Origin: the human T2T-CHM13v2.0 reference genome, Homo sapiens
NCBI RefSeq assembly: GCF_009914755.1
Contig: NC_060928.1
Direction: 5' to 3' (one strand)
Length of the DNA: 64,000 bases
This document shows positions 1 through 14,660 of the stretch, piece by piece (position 1 is the first letter of the stretch; every line of letters starts with the position of its first letter). The notes beneath the pieces are model-generated. The model searched no databases, was not told where the DNA came from, and saw nothing but the letters and a program-made list of their open reading frames with translations. Both the position numbers and the translations under genes were made by a program.

Positions 1-354
1 GTACCTGAGTCAGGGTCATTCCCTCTCTGTCCAAACTCTGGTTTTCTCTGCTTTAGCACATAGTGAAGAATGGCCATTCCAGCTTCCAGCCCAGCATGAC
101 CATGGAACTCTACTGTCCAACACCATTCATCTAGAGAGAGAATCTGATTGGCTGGGCTTGAGCCAGGTGATTGAGCCTGGGCTTAATCAGGCTTGAGCCA
201 GCCTGATTTGATAAGCCCTGGTGAGGGGGCAGGGCTGCCTGGAGGTTCATCACTTCAGCAGGGGCTGTGAGTGACGTGCCCAGAGAAAACTTGGCAGAGA
301 AAACTTTGTGGTTAAAATGGTGGGTTTTTTGGTTTTTTGTTTTAATTTTAAAAA

Positions 355-474
355 ATACAGGGACAGGGTCTCCCTGTGTTGCCCAGGCTGGTTTTGAACT
401 CCTGGGCTCAAGACATCCTCCCGCGTCGGCCTCTCAAACTGCACGGTACAGGCCTGAGTCACCACGCCCAGCCA
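355..474 (-). mobile_element. Alu left monomer (FLAM/AluJ-like)
   Basis: Reverse-complement Alu 5' arm (gttgcccaggctgg...caccacgcccagcc). Confidence 0.8.
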
Positions 475-1282
475 AAATGGTGTTTTCTTTATGACACCTA
501 AAGGGAGTAAATCGATAATTTGTAGATTGATAAGTAATTTAGAGCTTTTAAAGGAATTCAGAATGCAGATTTTTTTTTTTTTAACAAGCGAGAAGTTAAT
601 TCAGGTAAATTATTTGAGCAAAATCCAAAGAAGCTGCTGAGTTATAGTCGGAAAGAAAATATGGGTAGTGCAGGTTCAGACTGAGAAAGGATCTTATTTC
701 TTCTTTGGACCAAAGTTGCTGAGAAATGAGCCTAGCCTTTGACTCACGGTTAAGCTGGGGAAATGACAGGGGCAGCTGAAATCAACTGAAAAGATGAAGG
801 GTATAAAAACCTTCTATGAGTAATGCAAGACCCTTCTCCTGTAGCTTGTTGAATTTGCGTGTAATTCATGCTAGCCGAGTATGTCGTGTGATGTGAAGAA
901 CTTAGTATGAGGTAGAAACAGTGCAAGGGAATGGTTGTGGCTTATAAAGATCTTTGATTCTTTAGGTTATTGCTTTGGGAAAATGCTTTCCTTTGCTTGG
1001 CTGTCATAGGCAGGATTTTTATTTTCAACCCCAGTAAAGCATATTTGTACTTGTATTGCTCTTTCCTTCTCATTTTATTTAAAAAAAAAAAGATTGTTGG
1101 ATTGCTTTTTCATAACAACGATTTTTAAAAATCTCACCAAATTAAAATTAGCTGAGGAAGTGAATGTGCCAGGCATAACCAGATGCTCGGTAATTACTTA
1201 TGGAATGAATGAGGAGAGTCTTCAAGTCCCAGTCCCTGCTCCAGAGCTGTTGTTTGTGCATCAATCTATAGATCCCTTAAAC

Positions 1283-1602
1283 CAGGTGTCCCCGACCCCC
1301 GGGCCATGGACAGGTACCAGTACTTGGCCTGTTAGGAGCTGGGCTGCACAGCAGGAGGTGAACAGCGAGCAAGCTTTACCGCCTGAGCTCCGCCTCAGAT
1401 CCGTTGTGGCATTAGATTCTCATAGGAGCACAAACCCTATTGTGGACTGAGCATGCGAGGGATCTAGGGTGAACGCTCCTTATAAGAATCTAATGTCTGA
1501 GGTGGAAGTTTCATCCCGAACCCCATGCCTACCTGCTTGGTCTGTGGAACAGTTGTCTTCCACGAAACCAGTCCCTGGTGCCAAAAACACTGGGGACCAC
1601 TG
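1283..1602 (+). mobile_element. MER1B-like hAT-Charlie MITE with perfect 8-bp TSD
   Basis: Termini CAGGTGTCCCC...GGGGACCACTG; ccttaaac on both sides (1275-1282, 1603-1610); internal gcattagattctcataggagc is MER1-typical. Confidence 0.85.
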
Positions 1603-3320
1603 CCTTAAACCAGCTCACTGGCCTCTTGGGGAGCCAATGAAAAGAACCCTCTTTAACTATTGCCTGCTGCAATAGAAAGAATCAGTGTGTGGTAGTTTAT
1701 GAATGGTAGGCCATCTGTGTGTCCCCTGGGTTTCTTTTTATAATCTGTCTATTGGCTTCAATGGAAAGAAAGGAGCAAAGAGGACCTACATCGAAAATTA
1801 TAATGCACAATTTTATTTTGTGTTTTTGTCGTGAATGTTTGCATATAAGTATGCTCATTTCCTGAGGATGATCGTGTTTGTGGTACTGTGTGCTATGCTT
1901 TCCCATCCAGTCCAAATGCCCTCTTAAAAGTGCTTCTCAGTACAGCTCTTTAGACAGTCACTACTAATTGGTCACAATCAAAAACCACTAACAGTTCAAG
2001 TTTATAATCTAGTAGATTAAAATGCTAATGGCAATTAAAAGACAATAATATAGGTTATATTATTATATTAAATATAAGTATAGGTAGGAAGTACTGGTGA
2101 TGTTATGCATTACATGTGAGATGAATTATTTTCTCATTATGTGTGTGGCTATTATGTGTGTGTGTGACACATGTGACCATGCGTGTATGTGACTGTTATA
2201 GTTACAATGTGAACTGTTTCTATAAAAGCATCCATAGTTACCAGACTGTTCACTGGTGTCATGGTTTAAGGAGAATGGCTTACTTCTCTGGCTCCACTTA
2301 CATACTTGTGATACTACACCGTGCCTCCACTTTATCCTTGTAACAAGTTGTACCCCACATTATGGCACTTCTCTTGGCCTGCTCAGCTCATTATTTTATG
2401 AGAGACATTGCCAAAACAGAAGGGCAATTCAGTTGTGTCAGAATTTAATTTTATACATTGATTAAAATTTGGCTGTCCCTGTGTAAAAGTTGGCAGAGCA
2501 GTTGGTGAATATTTCTCCAGGGAATCATGACCTTTGATGGGCTTTATTGGTTTTTAGGTCCCAGCTGAAAACTGCCTTGGCTAATTCCCTTTCATTTACA
2601 TATGCAAATAACATGCAAGTTTTCGATAAAATGTTTTGCATATGCTTTGATTGCAGTTAGTAATGGGGTCTGTAAAGAGGAATGGTATTGTGAATCAGCC
2701 ATAGGCAATTCAGCCCTCCTCCAGATGCATATTTTTTAGGTGATTATTATCCTAAGCTGTCTGTTTCATTCCTGTTATGACCGGACCTGGCATATACCTG
2801 GTATTTGTTAAATATATGCAAACCACTCTTCATTTCCCCCTTAAAAAAAAAAACTACTTATATTTGTTTTATTTTTATTGAGCCACTTAAAACTGAATCA
2901 AAGCTAGTACTTTATCTCCCACTTTGAGGATGGTTAGAAGATTAGAAACTTAATGAGGCCCTGTTTGAGGAGTAAATAAAGTTAAAATGCAATAACTCTT
3001 CCATAATACCATTCTTTTGGGGTGTTAGTTTTGAAGGTAACAGCACTGCAGCTTACCCTGGGGAGCTGACCAGTCCTATTGTTATTTAAAGAGCCTTAGA
3101 GGACTTACACCCTAAGTAGAGTAGAGTCTTAACATTCACTTGCTTATATTCTCACATTGAGCTAAGTCTACCAGTAAAATTCTTTTTGCCAGTAAAAGTA
3201 CAGAGTACAACTTAGTATTTTGTATATGCATTATTTATATGCTGTACAGGGTTATATCTACAGAAAACCATGTAAAGTATGTCACGGCAGTGTTTACCTT
3301 CAAGGTTAATTTTGACCATA

Positions 3321-3655
3321 TACAATTGGCCCTTCATACCCATGAGTTCTACATCTGTGGAGGTAACCAACAGTGGATCAAAAATATTTGGAAAAAAATG
3401 GATGATTGTGTCTGTGCTGAACACATACAGACTTTTTTCCTGGCATTCCCTAAAAAATACAGTATGACAACTACACCCATAGCATTTACATTGTATTAGG
3501 TATTACATGTCATTGAGAAATAATTTAAAACATACAGGAGGATGTGTGTAGGTTATATGCAAATATTATGCCATTTTATATAAGGAACTTGAACATCCAC
3601 AGATTTTGGTATCCTCAGGGGGTCCTGGAAGCGACCCAATATAGGGATGACTATA
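3321..3655 (+). mobile_element. MER2 (Tigger/TcMar) MITE
   Basis: Typical MER2 text: catagcatttacattgtattaggtatta...gaggatgtgtgtaggttatatgcaaat. Confidence 0.75.
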
Positions 3656-4102
3656 TACTGTGTCTTGACACATGGACTGTTGAACCCAACCTTTTCTGGG
3701 TAATACTAAGAGCATCAATACAATGATAACATTTATTGAGCACTTAAAATGTGTAAGGTGCCTGTCTGAATACATTATGTACATTGCAGGAAGTGATGCT
3801 GTGCTCTCTCTACAGACCAGAACCCCCTGGGAAGAAGCCAGTGATTACAAAAGCTGAGAGTGCTCACAGTTGTTGTGTGATCACAGCCAGTCCTGCCTGA
3901 GGAAGCCTAAGTCCTATGTCTTTGGGTATATAGATGGCAGTGGAGCTGGAGCATTTGAGGACACACGGGCCATGCTAGGGACTTGGGCTTTTCCCCTGAG
4001 CAGCTGTGAAGTGTTAGGGTTTGGAGAGGAGTAGTGCAACCTGACTTACTTGCCAATCAGATGCTGATCAGACCATACTGGTTGCTGCACTGAGACTAAC
4101 TA

Positions 4103-4762
<660 letters not shown>

Positions 4763-5652
4763 TAATTTCTATTTACTAAGGAAAAGGAACCTAAGGAAGG
4801 AACATCTTTGTGGTATGAATAAGGATTAACATATGAGATGCCTCCTAGGAGACAGCTAAATGGAGATTTTTGAACAGGCAGCTGAATAAACTGAATATGC
4901 ATGTCTAGGGTTGGTGGGGTAGAGTGGTTTATGAGGACCAGGCAAGAAATAGCCCATTTTCTTTTTGTTAATCTAGCCCAGATCTTCTGATCTCTTTTTA
5001 GAAAAGGTAGAAAATTGGGATTTTTTAACAGGAAGTTTTCTGATCTTTCAAATGTTGAAAAGTGAGAATATGAGAGCAGACACAGAAGTGGAAGGGGCTG
5101 CTGTAAAAATCTGAGAGTGAGGCACTATAAAATAGACATGCGTGGGGTTAGGGGCTGGGGTATGAAAACAGATTAAGAGTTTGAGGACCAGAAAGGGCCA
5201 AATGATGGCCCAGTGAATCCCTGTGTGCCCACTGAAGTTGAAGAAGCCAGGTGTTGGGGGCACAGCTGGAGACCCATGTACGCTTTCCTAATGACTTTCC
5301 TGGTCATCCCTCTCAGGTCACCATCATACCCCGCTTGGTGTTTGTCTTTCCCATGCTTATTTTCGTATGTTTACTAAATACTGTTTGAAGGTGTACACAA
5401 ATACAGCATGATTTTGCATTTTCTTAAACTTTCTATAAATTATACCATACTCTATATATTTTTGTAACTTCTTTTAGTTAAAAATTTTAAAATTTTTTCT
5501 ATATTGTTAACATGATCTTATAATGTCTTCATTCTTCGTTCCTAAGTAGTTCTCCATTGTGAACTATGTAACACTGTTTATTCTCCTGGTAATGGGCCTT
5601 TCAATTGCTTCTCATTTTGGGCTATTAATAAAGAAAGTAGAAAGGAACATTC

Positions 5653-5948
5653 TTTTTTTTTTTTTTTAGACGGAGTCTCGCTCTGTGCCAGGCTGGAGTG
5701 CAGTGGCGTTATCTCAGTCAGCTCACTGCAGCCTCTGCCTCCTGGGTTCAAGCGATTCTCTGCCTCAGCCTCCCGAGTAGCTGGGACTACAGGCACATGC
5801 CACCACGCCCAGCTAATTTTTGTATTCTTAGTAGAGACGGGATTTCACCATGTTGGCCAGGATGGTCTCGATCTCTTGACCTCGTGATCCGCCCACCTCG
5901 GCCTCCCAAAGTGCTGAGATTACAGGCGTGAGCCACCATGCTCGGCCG
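5653..5948 (-). mobile_element. AluSc/Y-like
   Basis: Poly(T) head; TSD gaaaggaacattc on both sides. Confidence 0.9.
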
Positions 5949-6404
5949 AAAGGAACATTCTTACCTGCTTATCCTTGTGCGTATGTACAGTACTTTTTCT
6001 TGCATGTATACTTAGGCATCAGATTCCTTGACTGAAGTCAGTGTTTTTTTGTAACTGTCAGCCTTATAGACTGGAGTATTTGATGAAAGCTATGGCCCTA
6101 ACCAGAATGTTATACTTAAACTTTTCTTATATGAATTACTTTGTTACATGCCCATTAGTGGCCTCCTTAAGAGTTCATCCTTCCTAGATTAAAAATAACT
6201 GGTCTAAGTTGTGACTATTCTTCTTAATTGAACCATGAAGTGAAACAAGTAGTATCCAGACATTCAGCTCATAGCTTTCTGAGCTTCTGTAGCCAAATAT
6301 CCTTCAGGAAGTTTACTTGTTAGATATCTAAAGGGAAAAGAAACTGCCATCTCCATATGAAAGTAAGAAACAGGACTTTTTTGCATATCATAAAAAATAG
6401 GGTT

Positions 6405-6722
6405 TGCCTGGGTGCGATGGCTCATGCCTGTAATCCCAGCACTTTGAGAAGCTGAGGCGGGTGGGTTGCTTGAGCCTGGCAGTTTGAAACCAGTTTGAGA
6501 TGGGGTTTTGCAGAAACCACATCTCTGAAAAAAAAACAAAAGAAAAGCCAAGTGTGGTGGCACACGCCTGAGTCCCCAGCTACTTGGGAGGCTGAGAAGG
6601 TGGGAGCAACACGTGAGTCCTGGAGGTCAAGGATATGGTGAGCTGTGATCATACCACTGCACTCCAGCCTGGGTGACAGAGCAAGATCCTATCTCAAAAA
6701 TTAAAAAAAAAAAAAAAAAAAA
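6405..6722 (+). mobile_element. AluJ
   Basis: Diverged Alu; TSD-like gggtttgcct on both sides. Confidence 0.85.
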
Positions 6723-7599
6723 GCGGGGAGGGGTTTGCCTAAATCAGTAAGGTGCTATAATGAACTAAGAAAATTGAAGGACTTAATTCAAGTTGAAGTA
6801 TTTTCCTCTTTTTGTAAAATGATGAAATGGAGGCTCAGAAGTTAAATAACTTGTCCAGCTTCACACAGCACAGCAGGTCTCGTAAGTCCAGATCATGTTC
6901 CCTTTATGTTACATCACCCTGCTAAAGAGCGGGGTTACCTTTTTCTAAGCCTCGATTGGTCATATTATTTAATTATTATAACAGTTTGATATCCTCTATT
7001 TTTTGTTGAAAACTTTAACCTTCTTTTTTTTTCAGCATTCTAAAGAGTATATAATCTGTGCCCTAGATCATGTTTGAAGATATTTATCCATTGGATACTT
7101 CTCTCCTACTCTGTATCATTTTCTAGAGAGCAAATGTGCATGAGAGCTGGAGACAGGCCAATTTTTTTAGACCATTCCGTGTTCAAGGATAGGAATCACA
7201 GCTCTCATACAGGGGCCTTGGCAGAAACAGCTTTTTATTTAGAGGAGTTTTTTTTCACTTTGTATTGCTTCTCTGGCTATTGAAGGCATGAGTTTGTGAC
7301 CCCTGGCACATATTCTCAGTCTTCTCAGTTGGTGCTCTTTTGCTTATTTGCTTAACATTAATTTAATTCTAAATTTTAAAAAGGTTTTTAAAACTTCCAG
7401 TCATTAAAGTATGGAATTGATCCTTTGCTTTCCAGTGAAACGATTACCATGATCACCAGTAGTCATTCTATCAGTATCTAGTTGGGTTTCCTACCACTAA
7501 TCTTCCAACTCTGCTTTAAAGCTAAAGACTAAGATCTGAAAAACTGTAAAAGAGCTCCATGTGCAGGGCTGGGCTGAAAATAGGAGTGTTTGAAAGCCT

Positions 7600-7990
7600 G
7601 TGCTTCAGTTATTGCTACATGACTAAGTACCCCAAAACTTAGTGGCTTGAAACAACTATTTACCCACAATTCTGTGAGTTAGCTAGGGCTCAGCTGGGAG
7701 GTTCTTCTGCTGTTCTTGCTTGGGGTCTGTGATGGCAGGTGGAGCTGAAACATCCAGGATTGCTTTCCTCATGTGACTGGTGCTTCAGCAAGCATGGCTG
7801 GGAGCTGTGACCTTTCACCACATGGCAGATGGAGAACACTCAGAAGGTAGCATTCCAGGAGGGCATCTGTCACACTCGGCAACATCTTATTGTGAAACCC
7901 AGTCACTGTGGGAGGGGCCCAACCTAGGGGCAAGTGCAGGGAGGCACAGTTCATTGGGGGCCCCAGAGTAACAGCCTTTCCTCTGACAGT
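7600..7990 (-). mobile_element. MLT1 (MaLR) solo LTR
   Basis: ccccaaaacttagtggcttgaaacaacta is the MLT1 3'-end signature in reverse. Confidence 0.65.
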
Positions 7991-8234
7991 TACTTTCTGG
8001 AGAGATTAAGTAGACAGCTTCTGGACTTTGGGATACTAGGCACCCCTGAGGCAAAGCATGAGACACCATAATGAAAATTGGGGACTGACTGATTCCCCCA
8101 TCCCTTTCTGGTGCCTGACTGACAAATAGGTTTATCTTCCAAAGATAGAAGTGTGGAAGATTTCTTAACGAGGAAGAGGTTGCTGGAAAGAAGAAACATT
8201 TGAGGGATGAGATGATCCTTTAAAAATTATAACC

Positions 8235-8390
8235 ATGATAATAGAAATGAAAAACTCAATAGACGGTTTGGAAGGCAGCTCTGGAAATCTTCCAGAAAGT
8301 AGAACAAAAAGATGAAGAAATGGTAAACAGGTGACAAAAGAAATTAGGGGACCAGTACAGGAAATTCAGTAACCAGCTATTAGGAAATGT
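8235..8390 (+). mobile_element. Old L1 (L1M) ORF1 fragment
   Basis: A-rich gaaatgaaaaactcaatagacggtttggaagg... resembles L1 ORF1. Confidence 0.5.
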
Positions 8391-10044
8391 GTCCATAATA
8401 CTAGCACCCTTTTCCAGATGTAGAAACTGAGGCTTTGATAGGTAAATGATTTATGTAGGGTCATGTGGTTAACCCTGGGGTGAAATTTAGAACCAGATCT
8501 CTTTGACTCCATTGAGCCATGTGCAAATGGAACAGGCAGTTAACACTGAGTATCATGTAGGTTAGTGATCACACTATGGCGGCACCTGTCCAGCATTTAG
8601 GGAATATCCAGTCTAAATGAACCCTCCATAAAAGAGAAACCTGTAAGATGATTAATATGGCACAGAAACCTTTGAGTATGGAGAGGAGAGATGAGGCAGA
8701 ATAAGTCAAATTGCCTTTCTTTTACTTTACGCTTAATAACTAAGGTCCAAGTTGAGAAGGATGGGAAGTATGGAGAAGATGGAGAAATACTGGAAATGTT
8801 GTAGGGATGGGAAGTGATAGGAATTTGTCAGGGAACAAATAAGACCCTCATGAAGTAATAGGACACCAGTTGCTGTGTTTGACCAAGGCTCAGTCTCCAT
8901 CATCATTTAACTCTTCAACCCCACCCCACAGCCAGGAGCAGAGAGTGTAGCAGTAGCAAGAACCTAGCGTTGGTCAGAGAGAGAAGGAGCAGGCCATGAA
9001 GTCCAGGGAGAATCCAGAGGGGTTTTGGTGGTATGCATTAGGTTAATTATCTTTTTACTCCTCCAACCTCAAAATCAAATCATAGCAAAAATTAAAGACA
9101 TTTTTGAAGTGATGAATCAAAAAACAAGATTGTAGAAAATTAAAGACGTACAAAATCTAGAAATGACACCAACATTTAAGTGACTAAGGTGACAGGGACT
9201 CTGGATGCCTCACATGTGTCATGTTAGCTTTTTTTTACTGAATCTTGGGAGGGAAGTGGTGGCATTCTTGGGTCCAGAAAGAGGAAGTGGCACACATGCC
9301 CTTTGCTGCCCAGTGAATGTAGCAGGGCAAGAATTCAGACCCAGGCCAGCATGACTCCAAGCCCCAAACCCAAATACATTCCACTGAGTCCTCTTCTCAG
9401 AGAAATTAGAGTGATTATCATGTAAATCTCAGGAGGACAGGGGTCGTCATAACCATTTGTTCACTGGGTGCGTGAATGAGCCAGTGCATGGTAAACTAGT
9501 GGCTGGCTGTCCATGCATTCTGAGGGTTGCTCACTGAGCGTGTCCTGAAACTTGCCAGCGTCTGTATGTGGCTCGCCACTTTGCAGGTTTGGAGTACTGT
9601 AATTTGAATTTTAGAGTGCTCTTAACGGTTTGCAGAGTGTTTTACATGTGTTGGATACTGGAAGATGGGTGGATATTATCCATTTTACAGTTAGGAAAAG
9701 CAATTCATGAGTTCAGTGGTGGAATGGTAGCATTTTTTTCACCTATAGCTTGTGCTTCCTTAGAGTTGTTATTAAGATATAACTTAATCTTTCTTTGTTT
9801 TTTAAGATACTATAGGCTCTCAAAATATTATTGAATGGCCTTATGGATATGCTATGCTACTGAAATTTGATTATTAATATTTTCTAATGGTTTATATAAT
9901 TGGGAAAGTGAATAAAAATTTCTCATTAAAACTGTAAATTAACACTTTGGAACACCTGCCAGGAGACAACAAAGGGTGATGACAGCTTCTGCTGTGCCTC
10001 TATGCTTCCCAGCTTGCTGTGATGGTGACCCAGGGTTCTCATGA

Positions 10045-10374
<330 letters not shown>

Positions 10375-12143
10375 TAAAAAAATATATAAGATGCTACAGG
10401 TAGTCAAGAAAAGAACAGAAAAACCTGGTTGGTAGAGCTTGCTTTTACACAGAGAGTAAGGAGTAAGCTCTTATTTTGCTGTTTAAACATGAGAGCAAAA
10501 AAAATATATGTTTATATATGACAGCAAATATATATATATCACTCATATAGTATACATATTTACTCATATATTAATAAATATATGTGTGTATATGTAATTA
10601 ATTTCTAAGACAAAGCATGAAAAAATACGTAGTCACTAGGTTGTAATGACCATTCTGATTAAATGGGACCCCATTTTAGAGTATTGGAAGACGTTTAATA
10701 AGTGATCCCTAGAGGTTCAGTGTTCTGCATTGCGAGACTAGCCCTAGGTTTAGAAACCTAGTGACATAGGCTTGCTGTACAGAACAGTATGCAGTGTGTC
10801 AGCTGACACTGGTGTTGGTTTCACGATCCGAAGGAAATGGAATATAATTGCCGTCCTTGTCACACCTTGAGCATTATGGTAAGCAGGTGCTTTCTGGTGC
10901 AACTGTTTGTGGTTGAACAGTGTTTATGACTAATATCTGCCATCGTTTTTAAGAGTGTTTTTAAAGGAAAGGGCAACTCTTGTCTGGCCTATTTTTCTAT
11001 CTTCCTATTAAAACCTGTGGTATGACGTGGACAGAATGTAACTCTAGATGTTTACAATTAACTGTTTTCATTGTAATCTGTTTCTTGCTACTCAAACTGT
11101 GTAACCGTGGGATTTCTTATGTAGGATATCTATAATATTTGTGCTGAGTCATTTTGAGTTAAGTGAATGGGGTAAAGTTCTATTTTTAGCCCGTCAAGGC
11201 CTAGTGAGGGCACTGGCTTAGCAGAACTCTCCATCACGCGCATCTGTTTGGGTTATGCCCACCAATAAGGACTTGATTCCAGTTTAAATAGGACTTTGGT
11301 CACTGAATAAATCTAAAGTTTCTGAGAAATACATTGACTTTTTTTGTCCACTGTAAAAAAATTTTTTTTTCTTCCTGTGAGAAATTGAGACTCTTAAAAG
11401 TTAAAGTCTACTAATGAAAGATTATTTGCTTGTGCCTGTTTTCTACATTCATTTTTCTTTAAAGGTTGACTCTTATTTTTACCCTCCCAAATCCAGACTC
11501 TTCTATGTACTCTCCTTAAATTTTAAACTCCCAAGCTTTGTATAGAAGTCGATAATCTGGTCCAGATGCTGAAAAGAAGACAAAGCTTTCACATTTGCAA
11601 TATTGGCTTCATTTTCTGGACTTCTGTTGTTTTAATCATGAGTGTTCATGTTTCTTTAAAACAGAAAAAAAAAAAATCACCTTGTTTTCTTCAGGGTGTG
11701 AGCTCCTAGAGAACTAAGATGAGGTTTTGTGATTTTCCTTTGTTTTAAGTCTGGTATAAGATCTCGCTCACATAAATATTTAATACTCTTTTTGATGGTG
11801 ACTGACTTTTGGTCGTATGATGGACATTTAGGCCCTTAAATCTGCCCCATGAGCAAGATGACACACCTTTGGAAAAACAGAAGCTATTCTGGGAGGTACA
11901 TGAATATGTTCACATTTTATCACTAAGTTTCATTTAATATGCCTTATTAGTAATAAGCATGTATACCAATTTGTATCTACAAACCTATAATTTTTAAACT
12001 GTAGTATTCACGTAAATATTGGTAAGATATTTATTTTGGAATGTGGATGATTTGTAAAACCTGTGTATTAAAACAAAAGTATACAAATACCTGATTTGTA
12101 CATACCTGGCTGTAACCTAATGTGTCTTTTTGTTGTCATGCAG

Positions 12144-12210
12144 AGCTCTGGTATCGAGACTTTAGTGGAGGAGCTCTGCTCCAGACTGAAAGACCTTCAG
12201 AGTAAGCAAG
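12144..12210 (+). CDS. KIAA0232: KIAA0232 internal coding exon (67 nt, SSGIETLVEELCSRLKDLQSKQ)
   Basis: Acceptor ttttgttgtcatgcag|AGC and donor AAG|gtgagg. Phase 0 to 1, joins in frame with 13405. Peptide recognised as KIAA0232. Confidence 0.93.
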
Positions 12211-13404
12211 GTGAGGTCAAAAGCACTGTGCGCACACATGCCAGGATTACATCCCTGAGGAATCTGGATTGGGGAAAATCTTAGAATTGATCAGAAAAGA
12301 AAACAACCAGAACAAAGTCTTTGTGTCCAGTGTGTGTCACTAGGCCAGCCTCATGCTCCATCTGCAGCTCTGTTAGTGGCTTCTGTGTCAGACCCAGCAG
12401 TCACTCATAGAGATTCCTGCAACCAAGGGAGGGACTTAATCCACAGGTGCCCTCAGAGATAGGAAACACTTCATGGTTTTCTGTTTTTTGGGTTTTTTTA
12501 ATTGTTGTTGGCTTCAAGTTGAAGCTCAGAGATCAGGAACAATATTGTCTCTTTCCTTTCCCCATCCTTGCCCCTCTGTTAATATCTGCCTGTTGATGTT
12601 AAGACTGCTAAATTACGACATTAAATTAAGATGTTAAGACATGAATTACTTCAGGTTTGGAAGGGACTTCTGTTTTGACTCAGCTTTTTTGAAAACACAG
12701 ACTTGGCAAGCTTATTTAGTTATTTCGATATATGAATCCTCCTCATACTTTTTCTAACTTGTTTGCAATCCCTAAGAACGAGACCTTCATATTAAGGGTG
12801 AGGATCCTTGTTTCCTTGCCCTCTTTATGGTCATTTTGCTGCCCACCAAGCCTTGAGCCTGCCTCTTAAGGGCACAGTTGATTTGTAACCTAAGGCAGTA
12901 TCCTAGGCTAAACTAAGGGATAGCCCTTTTTCCTGTTTCAGTTGAAATAGCCCTTGCTCACCTACATGTTAAGTAATAGAGCAAATTGTAATAAAGAATA
13001 TTCTTTACAGATTAGTTTTGGTCAAGATGAGTCAATGTAAAGTCTATGAGTGTAGAATTTTGTGAGAAAATAGTTTTGGAATCTAAACAGATGTTCTGTC
13101 CTTCTGGTCTAATTAATAAGTACACAGGGGACTTCAGTCTCTTAATTAAGTGCCTCTAGAGCACTGTATCAGTGACGAGATGAACAACTCTCACCTCTTG
13201 GCCTAATGCTAATGTGGTTTAATCGGAGAATTCCCTCTGGCACACTGAAAAAATAGATTTTTATTAAAAAGATCGGTATTGAGTTTGCCTTTTAAGCACC
13301 AAAGTCTCTATTTCTTGTTAAAATTAGTTGAGAAACTTTGAAATACATTAGCATTTATTAACTAGATATAAGACAAATCTTTCTTAATTTTTGTTTCATA
13401 ACAG

Positions 13405-13486
13405 AAGAGAAGATTCACAAAAAGTTAGAGGGGTCTCCCTCTCCAGAGGCAGAATTATCCCCTCCAGCAAAGGATCAAGTGGAAAT
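13405..13486 (+). CDS. KIAA0232: KIAA0232 coding exon (82 nt, EEKIHKKLEGSPSPEAELSPPAKDQVEM)
   Basis: Acceptor tttgtttcataacag|AAG and donor AT|gtatgt. Phase 1 to 2; AT+G restores Met in frame with the next exon. Confidence 0.92.
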
Positions 13487-13767
13487 GTATGTAAGATTGT
13501 ATTCGGTAATAAAGTGTGCATTTGTTAAAATCAGATGAATAACTGCTACATGGTTTCCGTTTTCTGTTTGTCATCTTGTTTAGTTTCATTATATATAATG
13601 TAAGAAACATTTATCGAGCGCTTATATGCTTGACACTGAGAATTCAAAGGTGAAACAAGATGGTTCTGTCCTTGGTGTTCATATTCAATATTTGTGGAAC
13701 AAATGAGTGAAACATAGAAGGTTATTATTTGCTAAGTCTATGTATGTACTATTACCTTTAATATTCA

Positions 13768-14122
<355 letters not shown>

Positions 14123-14353
14123 TTATCCATGTTCACAAGCAAGAACACTGAGTTCCCACTGTTTACTGCAGAGGGAACATAGGCAATCCTTGACCTGCCA
14201 AACCTGCTTCCTAAAGATACTTTTATTTTTTTGTTCGTAAATAGTCTTAAAATAATCTGCATTATAAACAGACTTCCCTATTATACATTTTATTTTAATC
14301 TTTCGAACCTCTGAAACCTAAGAAAAAAATAGCATTTCCTTGGTTTGTATAGA

Positions 14354-14660
14354 CCTGTATTATCCAGCACAGAAGCTGTAAGCCATGTGTGACTACTGAG
14401 CACTTGAAATGGGGCTGGTTCAAACCGTGATGTGCTGTCAGTGGACAATTCTCATTGGATTTCAAAGACTATATATAAAAAAAAGTAAAGTATTAAACAT
14501 TTTAAAGTATTGATTACATGTTGAAATGATAATATCAGGAGTTTAGTTAAATATATTACTGGAGTGCATTTCACCTATTTCTTATGTTTTTAATGTGCCT
14601 ACTAGAACACTTAAAATTACATATGAAGCTCAAAATATATTTCTGTTGGTCAACTCTGAC
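14354..14660 (-). mobile_element. MER33 (hAT-Charlie)
   Basis: gagcacttgaaatg...tattgattacatgttgaaatgataatat...aaaattacatatg matches reverse MER33. Confidence 0.7.

Noticed and set aside
186-209. 9-bp-stem hairpin aatcaggct-tgagcc-agcctgatt
   Set aside because: It sits in degenerate LTR-like sequence with local micro-duplications; no RNA-gene features.
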